From Promethearchaeota archaeon (GTDB lineage: Archaea > Asgardarchaeota > Lokiarchaeia > Sigyniarchaeales > SOKP01), in assembly GCA_048937405.1 (NCBI GenBank), contig JBHLNF010000001.1, positions 784,785 through 848,784 of the forward strand: a stretch of DNA of 64,000 nucleotides. The letters are read 5' to 3'. The notes beneath the pieces were generated by a model. The model ran no database searches. It was not told the origin of the DNA and worked only from the letters and a program-made list of their open reading frames with translations. Position numbers and translations under genes: made by a program. Below, one piece after another: positions 30,981 to 41,858 of the stretch. Numbering within the stretch: position 1 is the first letter of the stretch; every line of letters begins with the position of its first letter.

Positions 30981-32771
30981 TTATAACCTAATTTTTTTTA
31001 TCGTTGCATACAAGTTTATTAATTTCTTTGAGACTATTTTCCATCTAAAATTATTTTCTACTCTTCTATGACAGTTTTCTCTTACTTTGTTATAATAATT
31101 AGGATCCAAAAGAACTAGAGATTCAAGTATTTTATCAGGAATCTGGTTTACTATGCGAAAATTTTCAACTTCATAAATATCTTCTTTATCTTTGACTTTT
31201 TCAGAAATCTCCTTTAACTTAAAGAGAGAAATTAAAGCTTCAGCAAATTGTTGGGGGTTATCTTTCTCAATTAAAATCCCTGTACCTATTTCAGGAAAAT
31301 GTCTGATATCTATTATAGATTCTTGAAATCCTCCCACTTTTGTTGCAATAACTGGTAATTTTACAGACATAGCTTCTAAAGCAATGATACCAAATGGTTC
31401 CCATCTAGATAAAGCACAATAGACATCAGAAGAAATGTGGGCAAGATGAAAAATATCTGTAGCTACACCATAAATTATTCTAAGATTATTTGGATAATTT
31501 TTTATATAATGAGCATATTTTCTAATTTCATTTAAACTATAATCAGTAGGTAATATGAGAAATAAGAATTTAGCATTAGGTATCACTTCGATTATAAAAG
31601 GTATCGCATCTAAAATAGTTTCAAATCCCTTTTGAGGGGAAATTCTCCCTGTTGTAATTACTAATGGTCCTGATTCGTTGAATGATTTGATATAACCCTT
31701 TTCAGTTAATTCATTCCCATTAGTAATCTCATTAATAACTGTTAAAACCTTCTCTGACTGAATTAATGGACTCTTATCTAAATGGGATAATTTATATGTT
31801 AATAAATACTCTTTCATGTCAGCTAGCGTTACGTCTTTTTCAGAGGTTATATTTAACACATATCGAATTTCTTGTTCATGATTATTTAATACCTGTTTAA
31901 GAATTTTATTATAGTTCCAATCACATCCATCCCAGACAAAATTAGATTTAAATTCAATAAGATCTCTTCCACAATTAGGTATTATATCTGATTTTAAATA
32001 AGACTGACTTACTGTAGTAACCAAGTCACTGACAAACGCGCCAATCAACTCCACAGTAGGATGTTGATACCGCTCACTCATTCTTTCACAAATAGAGAAA
32101 ATTTCATGAAATTTTAAAGTTTTAAGGCCTTCTTTTAAATGAATAGTAATAGGGGTGTGGTCTATTCCACATGTTCTAAAAAAATCAATTGGATATCTTG
32201 GCCAAGTTAACAGATGGATTGTAATTAAAGATCCTACATCCAGTCCGTTTTTAGCTAATATTTGTTTTATTCCAATAAAAGCTATAACTGAATGATAATC
32301 GTGTATGTGGATTATCTCAGGTATTTTTTCTCTTGAATTGTCAATTAAAAAATCAATATAACAACGCATCCCTATACTAAAAAGACATATCTTTCCGCTA
32401 AGAGTATCTGGATTATAAACAATTTTATCATCAATAAATTTTGAAGTAAATGGATTTTCTCCACATAATATAATAATATTAACATTATTGATTCTCATCT
32501 TATAAAAAGAAATATTATAGCTTGTTTCAGGATTATTTGTTCCAAATGGAGAAGGATTTATTTGTCCAACGCAATTAAATGGAAGTTTTTCTAATTGATG
32601 GGATTTTCGTAACATTTCTAATTGACCATGTGAAGGAATGAATACAGTGATATCATAATCATTTGCTAAATGTTTAGTTTGGTTTGCAGGTACTTCTCCA
32701 AGACCGCCTACTTTCGCAATTCCCGCATATTCAAAAGTAAAAATCCAAATATTCTGTTTTTCTTCTGTCAA
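30981..32771 (-). CDS. glgA: Glycogen/starch synthase (GT5)
   Basis: KVGGLG, HIHDYH, TTVS, GRISPQKG, SRWEPFG, VGG. Confidence 0.88.
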   Translation of the reverse strand: MTEEKQNIWIFTFEYAGIAKVGGLGEVPANQTKHLANDYDITVFIPSHGQLEMLRKSHQLEKLPFNCVGQINPSPFGTNNPETSYNISFYKMRINNVNIIILCGENPFTSKFIDDKIVYNPDTLSGKICLFSIGMRCYIDFLIDNSREKIPEIIHIHDYHSVIAFIGIKQILAKNGLDVGSLITIHLLTWPRYPIDFFRTCGIDHTPITIHLKEGLKTLKFHEIFSICERMSERYQHPTVELIGAFVSDLVTTVSQSYLKSDIIPNCGRDLIEFKSNFVWDGCDWNYNKILKQVLNNHEQEIRYVLNITSEKDVTLADMKEYLLTYKLSHLDKSPLIQSEKVLTVINEITNGNELTEKGYIKSFNESGPLVITTGRISPQKGFETILDAIPFIIEVIPNAKFLFLILPTDYSLNEIRKYAHYIKNYPNNLRIIYGVATDIFHLAHISSDVYCALSRWEPFGIIALEAMSVKLPVIATKVGGFQESIIDIRHFPEIGTGILIEKDNPQQFAEALISLFKLKEISEKVKDKEDIYEVENFRIVNQIPDKILESLVLLDPNYYNKVRENCHRRVENNFRWKIVSKKLINLYATIKKIRL

Positions 32772-33088
32772 CTTAGTTCAAATATCAAATAAGATAGAAA
32801 ATTATTTTAAATCCAAATCTTAAGAAATAATATAAAAATAACAAATTTTAATTCGTTAATTATTGAATTTTATTAAAATTTATCGAAAATGTATTTGATC
32901 GGGCTAAGTACGACAAAATTAAGTTCCTTAAAGAAGACATAATCAGTATTGATGATCAAAGTTGTAGAATCGATTTTCCTCAGTCTAATACTAATCCTGC
33001 TTCTAAAAATTCATAAATTAATAATTTATTGTATTTTTATATTAACCAAAACTTCAAAATTATAAAAGCAAAATTATCAATAGAAATT

Positions 33089-34255
33089 ATGTGCGATACT
33101 CTTGTTGCTCTTGGAAATTCAACTGAAGATGGAAGTGTAATATTTGGTAAAAATTCAGATCGCCCTTTTAATGAAATACAATTAATAACTTATTCTCCTA
33201 AAATGAACTTTTTAAAAAAAATTCCTCTTCAATGTACTTATATTTCTATTCCACAAGTTAGTGAAACAGCAGCAATTATATTAAGTCAACCCTACTGGAT
33301 GTGGGGTGCAGAAATGGGTACTAATGAGTATAATGTTGTAATTGGAAATGAAGCTGTGTATACTCATGAACCTTTAAGAAATAGTGGTCTATTGGGTATG
33401 GATTTATTAAGATTAGGTCTTGAGAGAGGCAAAACAGCTAAAGAAGCAATGAACATAATTATTGATTTACTAGGAACATTTGGACAAGGAGGTGGTTGTG
33501 CTTACAACGATCCAAGTTGGAAGTACCATAACTCATTCATAATTGCAGATCCAAAAGAAGCATATGTATTAGAAACAGCGGATGAATGGTGGATAGTAGA
33601 AAAAGTTAAAAATGTTAGATCTATCTCAAACGGAATAACTATTAGGGGAAAGGGTGATTTTCGAAAGAAGGGAATAATTCAGCATGCGATTGATAAAGGT
33701 TATTGTAAAGATGATAATGATTTTGATTTCGCAGTGACATTTTCAGGATCTCCTCCTTCCTCAACTCCATCACCTTATTCAAGAGAAGGAAAATCTAAGC
33801 TTTTACTACGCGAGAACAAAAATAAAATAACTCCTAAATTGATGATGGAATTTTTGAGAGATCATCAAGCAGGAATATGTATGCATGGTGGATTTGAATC
33901 TACGGGATCTCAAGTTTCACACTTAAGAGACGGAAAGAATTCAATTCACTGGTTTACAGGAACGACTCTTCCATGTATTAGTCTTTATAAACCTTATACT
34001 TTTCCAATTGAAGGTCTAAAATATTATAATCCTGGACCCTATCAAATGATAAATTATGATTGGTTTTGGTGTAAACATACAAAATCAAAACCTATTGATA
34101 AGAAAATTTTTCTAAAAGATATAGAACATTCTATTATCTCCAAAATTGATGACCTAATTAATCAAGAAAATGAAATAACTAAGAAAAAATTCCAGGAAAA
34201 ATTAAAAGCTATTAATTTAGAGGCTTGGAATAAATCATATGAAATGATAAAATAG
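33089..34255 (+). CDS. Peptidase C69 / secernin-like Ntn-hydrolase
   Basis: MCDT N-terminal nucleophile (true start ATG 33089), FGKNSDRP, WMWGAEMGTNE, LLGMDLLRLGLER. Confidence 0.92.
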   Translation: MCDTLVALGNSTEDGSVIFGKNSDRPFNEIQLITYSPKMNFLKKIPLQCTYISIPQVSETAAIILSQPYWMWGAEMGTNEYNVVIGNEAVYTHEPLRNSGLLGMDLLRLGLERGKTAKEAMNIIIDLLGTFGQGGGCAYNDPSWKYHNSFIIADPKEAYVLETADEWWIVEKVKNVRSISNGITIRGKGDFRKKGIIQHAIDKGYCKDDNDFDFAVTFSGSPPSSTPSPYSREGKSKLLLRENKNKITPKLMMEFLRDHQAGICMHGGFESTGSQVSHLRDGKNSIHWFTGTTLPCISLYKPYTFPIEGLKYYNPGPYQMINYDWFWCKHTKSKPIDKKIFLKDIEHSIISKIDDLINQENEITKKKFQEKLKAINLEAWNKSYEMIK

Positions 34256-34514
34256 GATATTTTTAAAATCAATAATTTTCATTTCATTAGTAAATCCCAT
34301 TATCATTATTTCAGTATAATATCCACAAAAAGATTTTAAACAAGTATTTAGTATGTTTCCGCTTCTCAAAGATTGTATCAATTTGATATGTACCCAATTT
34401 GTCAATTAATAGTAATTATAATTTTATTAAAAGAAAAATATTTGAAAAAACTTAATAGTTTTGAAATATTTCAGAGATAATAGATTGATGTAATGATTAA
34501 ACAGGTTTTACTTA

Positions 34515-34808
34515 ATGTCTTTAAATAAATTAAACATGCTCGGAATGGAAGGTGTGATCTCAAACTATAAAGGAGGTCGCCACACAATACATCAGAAACA
34601 TTGCATATTAGTATTCCCTAATATAAAAACAAGAAATGATGCTAATAAACTTATTGGAAGAATTGTTGTTTGGAATAGCCCTACTGGTAAAGAATTAAAG
34701 GGTGTTATAACTCGAGCTCACGGAAACAATGGAGCTGTAAGAGCTCATTTCAAGAAAGCAGGTTTACCCGGTCAAGCCTTAGGAAAAAAAATAAAAATAA
34801 TTAGGTAA
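34515..34808 (+). CDS. rpl35ae: 50S ribosomal protein L35Ae
   Basis: GVITRAHGNNGAVRAHF...LPGQALG; the start may be a downstream ATG. Confidence 0.93.
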   Translation: MSLNKLNMLGMEGVISNYKGGRHTIHQKHCILVFPNIKTRNDANKLIGRIVVWNSPTGKELKGVITRAHGNNGAVRAHFKKAGLPGQALGKKIKIIR

Positions 34809-34967
34809 TAATTAATCAATCAGATCTTATTTTTCTCTAACTATATCTGGATATTATATGATACTAGAATATTATAGCTTTTTTTATGTTTTGCATTTTG
34901 TTATTCATCTGATAAAGCGATTTTAAAGGTAAGTTTTACCATATTTGGTTGGGTTTAAGTATTAAAA

Positions 34968-36956
34968 ATGTCAGAACAAGTGTGTAGATTTTGTCACAGA
35001 TACGTAAAGTTAGCTTATTATTGTGAAGAGTGTGGCTCTAGTTGTTGTTCTGAATGTCTTCATGAAAAAAAAGTAGAGTTCTATATTTGTCAAGATTGTA
35101 AATCTAAAAATATCAAAATTTCAGAGTCTGAAAATAAGAAAAGTTGTAATGATTGTGGGAATGAAAATATCACTAAAACAAACCAACTGTTAAAATCTTG
35201 CCCAAAATGTGATTCTCATCAAATTATTAATATTTATGAGAAAAAAGAAGAATTGGAAAAGAATTTTTTAGAATTAATAAAAAACTCTCGTTTATTTATT
35301 CAACCTTTGAAAGAAATACTTGAAAAATTATATCAATATCAATCCAAATTTAAGGAAATAAGAGATCCACCTAATAAGTATTATCATTTTCCTCAAATGG
35401 AATCAGATTTATTAGCTCTGTTCAAGTTATTTCTTTATATAAGGAACACCTTATTTGAAAAAGTTAATGTTCATTTTTATCAACTAAATCAAAATAAGGA
35501 ATATTTTTTTGATATTTACCCTCAACCAAATTCGAATATAGTGATCATAGAAGGCATATTTGAAAATTTGTCAAGAAGTTATAATACTATTGAAGAGTTT
35601 ATTAAAAAAAATTTAAGTACTTTTAACGATAGTTTTGAAACTTTCGAAAAAAACTTACAATTTATTGGAAAAGTAAATTTTTATTTCTCTGAATTCAAAA
35701 AATTTTTACGACTTGCGGATGGAGAAAAACCTGTTTATGCAATATTTGCTAAATTAACTAATGGACTAAATACTCAAGAAAAATTTAAGAAAGATAAAGG
35801 GATTTTGTTTATTACCAATTACGATTTATCATTTGTTCATGAACATGGTGTAGTTAAAAAAAAGAAAGAATTAATATTCAAAGCCCCAGTTAAAGATTTA
35901 ACTAGAATAAAGGAAAAAGGTAAACTCTTCAAAAAATTATATATTGAATTCTCTTATGGGAAGTATGAATTTACACTACCTCCTAAATCAATTTCTAGAG
36001 TGGTCGAATACATTTTATTAGCGAGATCTTTCGATGAAACAACGATCTATGATGAAAAAAGTGCCAAAAGACTTCTACAAATTGATTTGGATTTAAATGA
36101 GTTATTAAATTTCATTGAAGAAAGCATTAATTCGTTTTTCAGTATTAAATGTCAATATAATAAAAATTATGAGAATTCATATGTTAATCATAAAGAATTG
36201 TTACCTCCATTTGGTATACAACCCACTTTAATGTCTAATATCGCTTCTCCTCCTTCAAATCAATATATGCATCATCATCCCCAAAATAACGCTCAACCTT
36301 GGTTTAATTCTCCTGGTAATTTTAGTTACTATAAAAAGAATAGTAATTCACCATATTATCCCCCTAACATTATTCAATCACCTCACATAATTAATAATCC
36401 AGAAAGACAAACCCATACTGAAAATAACATCTATTCACCAAATATGTACAACCCAATTTACTATCAAAATCATAATCCTCAATCATTAATTCCTGAAAAT
36501 GAATTATACAATAGCCTAAATCAACCAATACAAAATCAAAGAAGAAATAATAATAGTGATCCTTATAATCAAAATAATTATGTCTTAAAAAATGGCGTAT
36601 CATTTCAGGATTATAATAGAAATCATTTATCAGATATGTTCGATCCAGATTATAGTCAACGAGATAGTTCTTATCGATACAAACGTAAATTATTTAAGAT
36701 AGATAAAGAAAAACATGAAAAGATGTTAGAATTAGATAAAGATAGATATAGTCTAAAGGAAACTCTAAAAAAGTTAGATGCGAAATTCGATCAAGGTATT
36801 ATCTCTGAAGTGGATTATTTTAGAACCTTTAAGAATCTACAAAAAGAAATTTACCTAATTGAAAAAAAAATACAAACACTTCAAAATAATCTCGAGGAAA
36901 TCGAAGAAATTAAAAGAAACAGTAGAAATTTTGATAAAAAAAGATATTTTTCATAG
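34968..36956 (+). CDS. Multidomain protein: Cys-rich Zn fingers, coiled coil, PH/GRAM-like domain, N/P/Q-rich linker, C-terminal helical domain
   Basis: Six CxxC motifs at the N-terminus; KGILFITNYDLSF (PH/GRAM-like); low-complexity region; FDQGIISEVDY (SHOCT-like) in a coiled coil. Confidence 0.75.
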   Translation: MSEQVCRFCHRYVKLAYYCEECGSSCCSECLHEKKVEFYICQDCKSKNIKISESENKKSCNDCGNENITKTNQLLKSCPKCDSHQIINIYEKKEELEKNFLELIKNSRLFIQPLKEILEKLYQYQSKFKEIRDPPNKYYHFPQMESDLLALFKLFLYIRNTLFEKVNVHFYQLNQNKEYFFDIYPQPNSNIVIIEGIFENLSRSYNTIEEFIKKNLSTFNDSFETFEKNLQFIGKVNFYFSEFKKFLRLADGEKPVYAIFAKLTNGLNTQEKFKKDKGILFITNYDLSFVHEHGVVKKKKELIFKAPVKDLTRIKEKGKLFKKLYIEFSYGKYEFTLPPKSISRVVEYILLARSFDETTIYDEKSAKRLLQIDLDLNELLNFIEESINSFFSIKCQYNKNYENSYVNHKELLPPFGIQPTLMSNIASPPSNQYMHHHPQNNAQPWFNSPGNFSYYKKNSNSPYYPPNIIQSPHIINNPERQTHTENNIYSPNMYNPIYYQNHNPQSLIPENELYNSLNQPIQNQRRNNNSDPYNQNNYVLKNGVSFQDYNRNHLSDMFDPDYSQRDSSYRYKRKLFKIDKEKHEKMLELDKDRYSLKETLKKLDAKFDQGIISEVDYFRTFKNLQKEIYLIEKKIQTLQNNLEEIEEIKRNSRNFDKKRYFS

Positions 36957-37036
36957 AATATTCTTTTGATTTTTTATGCAGGATTTGCATATTTCATATA
37001 TCTTATATTTATATTTTTTTCCCTTCTTTATATCTT

Positions 37037-38059
37037 ATGGAAAAAGAAGATACTCCATTCACGACAGTCGTAGGTAGTTGGCCTTTAGAGCATAATGAAA
37101 AAAATATGTTAAAGGTTTTCACTGATCTAATTCAAATTGGTATTGATTATCCATGCTACCCTCAATTTATAGATATGAATTATCAGTTCTTATCTCCTTT
37201 ATCCAAAAAAGTTCAAAATTTAGAAGAAATTGATAAAAAATTTTATTTACATGGAGATTTTAAAATACCAAAACAACCTATAGCTCTAGAATATGGAGAA
37301 TTTATGATTAAATTTTTTAAAGATCATCCAACTCTTAAAGAATTAATTAAGGGTACGAAAGCTTGTTTAACTGGACCTTTCACTTTATCATTTGAAACAA
37401 TATTAAAGAATGATATAGCAAAAGGTTTAAAACCTAGAATCTTTGAAGAACCAAGAGCTGTTATGGTAGATTGGATAGTTGATAAATATGCTGAAATTGT
37501 GAAACAATTAGGGTCAGCTTATAATGATATGGGAATAGATATAATTTCTTGCGATGAACCAATTCTTGGACTATTAGTAGGAAAGAAAATTCTTTTCCAC
37601 TCAGAAGATTTCATCATTAATACTATTAATAAAGCAATATCAGGAATAAAAGGTTTATCTTCTCTTCATGTGTGTGGAACTATTAGTCCAAATTTGCGAG
37701 ATCTTCTCTTAAAAACAAATGTTAAGATTTTAGACCATGAATTCAGTACAAATGAACAGAACTTTAAAATCTTTGAAAGAAAACATTTTCAAGAAACAGG
37801 GAAACTTTTAGCACTAGGAACTGTTGAATCGAAATTTGTTCCTATTAAAGATAAGTCAATCGATGATTACGTGGAAAATGTTGATCAACTTAAGACATAT
37901 ATAAAGAAAGGTATTGAACAATATGGTAAAGAAAATTTAATCATAAAACCTGATTGTGGTTTCTATCCCTTAAGGGTTTTCGGAGAGAAAGATGGTTATG
38001 AAATTGCAATAAAAAAAGTTAAAAATTTAGTTCTTGCATTAAAAGAATTGAAAAATTAG
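37037..38059 (+). CDS. Cobalamin-independent methionine synthase catalytic-domain (core MetE) family protein
   Basis: TTVVGSWP, KACLTGPFTL, DEP, LHVCG, PDCG (Zn ligands). Confidence 0.85.
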   Translation: MEKEDTPFTTVVGSWPLEHNEKNMLKVFTDLIQIGIDYPCYPQFIDMNYQFLSPLSKKVQNLEEIDKKFYLHGDFKIPKQPIALEYGEFMIKFFKDHPTLKELIKGTKACLTGPFTLSFETILKNDIAKGLKPRIFEEPRAVMVDWIVDKYAEIVKQLGSAYNDMGIDIISCDEPILGLLVGKKILFHSEDFIINTINKAISGIKGLSSLHVCGTISPNLRDLLLKTNVKILDHEFSTNEQNFKIFERKHFQETGKLLALGTVESKFVPIKDKSIDDYVENVDQLKTYIKKGIEQYGKENLIIKPDCGFYPLRVFGEKDGYEIAIKKVKNLVLALKELKN

Positions 38060-38061
38060 GT

Positions 38062-38550
38062 TTATTTTAATATCCTCTCCATAAAGCAAACTGTAAAAGG
38101 TAAATGATTAAATTTCTTTAATTCTGTCTCAAAAAATCCATTATTAATATAATAATCTTTTAAAATGATATTATCATTTATTATCCCTATTGAAACTTTG
38201 TTTCCATTGTTTTTTCTAACGTAATTAAAAACAAAATCCATTAATTCTTTTCCATATCCATTATGTCTAAATTGTGGTAGTACACATAATTTCTCCATAT
38301 AATATAATGCATTATTTGCTTCTTCTATGGCAACAAATCCTATTTGCTTTTTATTATTTTTATTGAAAAACCCATACAGTTTTACACCATTATCTTTCAA
38401 TTCTTTTAATTTATCAAAAGTTATAAAAGCGGGATTTGTAGGAGCATTTTCTTTATTTAAATTGAAATCATGTGTTACTGTAAGAAAGGAAGTTCTTATC
38501 ACTTGTGCACTTTCTAAAAGCTGTTTCTTACTTTTTATTTTTTTTATCAT
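38062..38550 (-). CDS. GNAT N-acetyltransferase
   Basis: KLCVLPQFRHNGYGKELM acetyl-CoA motif. Confidence 0.92.
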   Translation of the reverse strand: MIKKIKSKKQLLESAQVIRTSFLTVTHDFNLNKENAPTNPAFITFDKLKELKDNGVKLYGFFNKNNKKQIGFVAIEEANNALYYMEKLCVLPQFRHNGYGKELMDFVFNYVRKNNGNKVSIGIINDNIILKDYYINNGFFETELKKFNHLPFTVCFMERILK

Positions 38551-38672
38551 CTACTTTTCTCAATACTACTAAAAATAAGCATTATTCATATAATTAAAAA
38601 ATAGAATGTAGAATCTAACAATTGTTTCTAAAATCAATTCTTTCTAAAAAGAAAATGATGAACAAGAAAGAA

Positions 38673-39323
38673 TTATCCTTCCAATTCTTTTCTCAATTTC
38701 TCAATTTCGTCTTTTAACTTATCTTTTGATTTAACTTCAGCTTCCTCTTCAAGTTCATCGAACTCAGGAATATATTGTAAATCATCAGAAGGAATTTCGG
38801 GCATCGTTCCTCCTTGATCAAGCAACATTTCTGTTTCGAGCTGATTCAATTCATCTGTAACATCAATAGCAAGATCAATTTCCGGATCTCCCCCTAAAAT
38901 ATCTGCTGCTTCCTCGATTTCAGAAACATATGCTTCAGAATCCTCGGCAATTTCGGCCACCTTTGTAGGAGATGCTTTTGTAGCAATATATTCCAACTCA
39001 TCCCTAATTCCGCCCATCACATCTCCAGTCTGAGAGATCAGCATTCCTTCTTCTATTGCTTGAATTTGTCTTTCTATTTTTAATCTTATATTATTAGATC
39101 GGTCAACTTTTGCTTGATATGCCTTATATTGCACCAGATAACTTTTAGCACGATCTTTTTCTCCTCGTTTTAATGCGATTTTTGCATTCTTTCTGCTTAT
39201 CTCAGCTCGTTTAGTGTAATTTTTATTCATCATATTTAATCTATGAATATGACCTTTCGCTTTTGCTACTAAATCATCCTTTTCTTTACCTTTACGAGGG
39301 AAAAGTTTCTTTTTTAGACCCAT
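38673..39323 (-). CDS. ESCRT-III / Snf7-family protein
   Basis: Basic N-terminal helical hairpin (AKIALKRGEKDRAKSYL), acidic C-terminal half, terminal amphipathic helix (DEIEKLRKELEG); 216 aa. Confidence 0.85.
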   Translation of the reverse strand: MGLKKKLFPRKGKEKDDLVAKAKGHIHRLNMMNKNYTKRAEISRKNAKIALKRGEKDRAKSYLVQYKAYQAKVDRSNNIRLKIERQIQAIEEGMLISQTGDVMGGIRDELEYIATKASPTKVAEIAEDSEAYVSEIEEAADILGGDPEIDLAIDVTDELNQLETEMLLDQGGTMPEIPSDDLQYIPEFDELEEEAEVKSKDKLKDEIEKLRKELEG

Positions 39324-39474
39324 TTCAAGATTACTCCTTTTAGAGTTTTAATTTAATTTTATCTGATTTATGAATTATATGATTTTTCTGACTTAAAAAT
39401 TTAATATTGTTTACTATAATATTATAAAATAGTTCATATCAAAAAAGTTTTCATAGACCAAAGTTTGATGCAAT

Positions 39475-40590
39475 ATGAAAAAAGTAATATTAGGTTTTGA
39501 AGCTATAAGAGATAATTTCAAGGAATTAGTTCAAGAAGCTTTTAATAAAAATATTTTAAATTTTTTAGTTTCTCAAGAGACTTTTCCTGATTTTGAGAAA
39601 ATTGAAAGGGTACAGCTCTATTCAAGAGATCTTAATATCCCTTCTACATATCTGGTTTTTGATGATAAAAAGCTATTTGAAGAAAAAATTGAAAAAGAAA
39701 AGATTATTCCTCAGAATTCTGGTCTTTTTATTGAATTAAAAAGAAAAGAAGATGAAAGAGAAATAATTGAAATTTCGAAGTCAGGAACTATAGATTTTAT
39801 AATAGTCTCGGCTAAAGATTGGAAGATAATACCTTTTGAAAATTTAATAGCAGAGATGCAAACAAACAACACAGAATTGATTGCGGCGGTTGAGTCAATA
39901 GAGGAAGCTAAATTACTACTAAAAACTCTAGAAATTGGGGTTGATGGTGTACTTATAACTCCTAAAAGCGTGGATGAAATTAATGAACTCAAAAATTTGA
40001 TTCATGATTCCTTTCAAATTGAACTTACTAAGGCTAAAGTAGTGAGTATTGAAAATATTTCTGAAGCAGAAAGAGTATGCGTTGATACGGCATCTCTTTT
40101 TAATATAGGAGAAGGACTTCTTGTTGGATCGACGGCAACTGGGTTCTGTTTGATTCATTCCGAGACATTTGAAACAGAATTTGTGGCATCTAGACCATTT
40201 CGTGTCAATGCGGGGGATGTATCTTCATATGTGTTGGTACCTAATGATGATCCAAAAAAAGTATATAGAACAAACTATTTAAGTGAATTAAAGGGAGGAA
40301 AGAAAGTTCTAGCAGTTTCCAATAAAGGAGAGGCTCGAATTATTTCTGTTGGGCGGGTAAAAATTGAAACACGTCCAATGCTCCGATTTGAATTAGAAGC
40401 AATGAAAGAAAGTAAGAAAATAACAATAAGCTGTATTTGCCAAAATGCTGAAACAATTCGTTTAGTTGATGTTGATGGGAAAGCGAAATCTGTAGTTGAT
40501 ATTAAAGTTGGTGATGAGGTGTTAGCCCATATTGGACCTGGAGCTACACATTTTGGGACAGCAGTAAAAGAAACTATCATAGAAAAATAA
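39475..40590 (+). CDS. aroB': 3-dehydroquinate synthase II
   Basis: DWKIIPFENLIA, RVCVDT, SRPFRVNAG, YLSEL, GRVKIETRP, QNAETIRL, HFG. Confidence 0.95.
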   Translation: MKKVILGFEAIRDNFKELVQEAFNKNILNFLVSQETFPDFEKIERVQLYSRDLNIPSTYLVFDDKKLFEEKIEKEKIIPQNSGLFIELKRKEDEREIIEISKSGTIDFIIVSAKDWKIIPFENLIAEMQTNNTELIAAVESIEEAKLLLKTLEIGVDGVLITPKSVDEINELKNLIHDSFQIELTKAKVVSIENISEAERVCVDTASLFNIGEGLLVGSTATGFCLIHSETFETEFVASRPFRVNAGDVSSYVLVPNDDPKKVYRTNYLSELKGGKKVLAVSNKGEARIISVGRVKIETRPMLRFELEAMKESKKITISCICQNAETIRLVDVDGKAKSVVDIKVGDEVLAHIGPGATHFGTAVKETIIEK

Positions 40591-40614
40591 CATAATAAAA
40601 ATAAATAGTTAAAA

Positions 40615-41733
40615 CTAGACGTTAGCGTTTTTAAATAAAGGAATTATTTCTTCACTTATTATTCTTGAAGCATCCCAGTACGTGAACGGTGCATTTTTAC
40701 TAGAACTGCTGTTTGTAGACGAAAATACGAAGTAATTAGCACCATTTTCTACGAACTTACGAATTTTATTTATTATTTCATCTTTTGATCCAATCATCAC
40801 ACTTTCTCTTATTAAATCATCTGGAATTTCCCTAATAATCGGTTCTAATTTATTGAGATTAATTTTTTTCCTATCATTTCCGTCAATCTTTAGAATATTC
40901 AATTGCTCGCTTTTATGTCCAGTAGCCTCTAAATAGAGTTCTTCATACTCATCTCTCCAATATCCTAATTCTTTTATTCGACGTGGATTTAAAAGCAACC
41001 CGTACTTATTTCCATGTATTCTCCTGTTAATCAGTTTTTCATCATCATTAATAAATATGAATTGAAAAATACCAAATGAAAAATCCTTTAAGTTTCTTCC
41101 TTTATCTTTCATTACCTTAACAATCTCCTCTTTTTTATTTTTGTACGTTTTGGGATCAATTCCAGCAGGCATCCATCCATCAGCTACTTCACCAGTTAAC
41201 TGTAATGTTTTTGGACTATTGGCTCCTATCCAAATAGGAATTTTCGATATAGGTTTTGGAAGTAATATAGCATTATTTGCATAATAATGCTGTCCCTTAA
41301 ATGATTCAATTCCACCTTTATTCCAGTACGACTTCATCATACTTATGGATTCTCTCATTTTTGAAAGAGCATGGTCAGAGGGTATGCCGTAAGCTTTTAG
41401 ATTCATTGCTTCTCCAGCTCCAAATCCTAAAATAAAGTTACCACCTGTAAGATGATTAACCGAAGTGCACAATTGTGCTAGCACTGCGGGATGCATTCTA
41501 TGAGGATCCGTAACAGCTGTCCCAAAAGTTTTTCCTTCCACCAATTCAGTCATTGAGCCAAATAGTGACCAAGGGCTTAAAAAATCATTAATTAATGAAC
41601 CCTCCGTACCAGCAAGATGGTCGGGAAGCCATAGAGAATCCCAATTTTCTTTACTTGCAGTCAAGACTTTTTTTCGGAAAAAGTCATAAGAGTGAAGAAA
41701 AAACAATTGATGACCAAATTTTATTTCGGCCAT
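40615..41733 (-). CDS. LLM-class (probably F420-dependent) oxidoreductase
   Basis: SLWLPDH, GTAVTDPHRMHPAVLAQ, LGFGAGE, PIWIGA, ADGW. Confidence 0.92.
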   Translation of the reverse strand: MAEIKFGHQLFFLHSYDFFRKKVLTASKENWDSLWLPDHLAGTEGSLINDFLSPWSLFGSMTELVEGKTFGTAVTDPHRMHPAVLAQLCTSVNHLTGGNFILGFGAGEAMNLKAYGIPSDHALSKMRESISMMKSYWNKGGIESFKGQHYYANNAILLPKPISKIPIWIGANSPKTLQLTGEVADGWMPAGIDPKTYKNKKEEIVKVMKDKGRNLKDFSFGIFQFIFINDDEKLINRRIHGNKYGLLLNPRRIKELGYWRDEYEELYLEATGHKSEQLNILKIDGNDRKKINLNKLEPIIREIPDDLIRESVMIGSKDEIINKIRKFVENGANYFVFSSTNSSSSKNAPFTYWDASRIISEEIIPLFKNANV

Positions 41734-41858
41734 TTTATATCACGATAAATATAATTGAATAATTCAATAAAAAAATATTATTAAAATAAATCTAATTTTA
41801 ATTTAACTATAATTGAAATTTTAAAAGATATAATTTAAAGTTAGGGTTATTAATTAAA

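Noticed and set aside
32866-33016. Possible ~50-codon ORF between glgA and the C69 peptidase
   Set aside because: No canonical start or SD and no motif, so it cannot be supported
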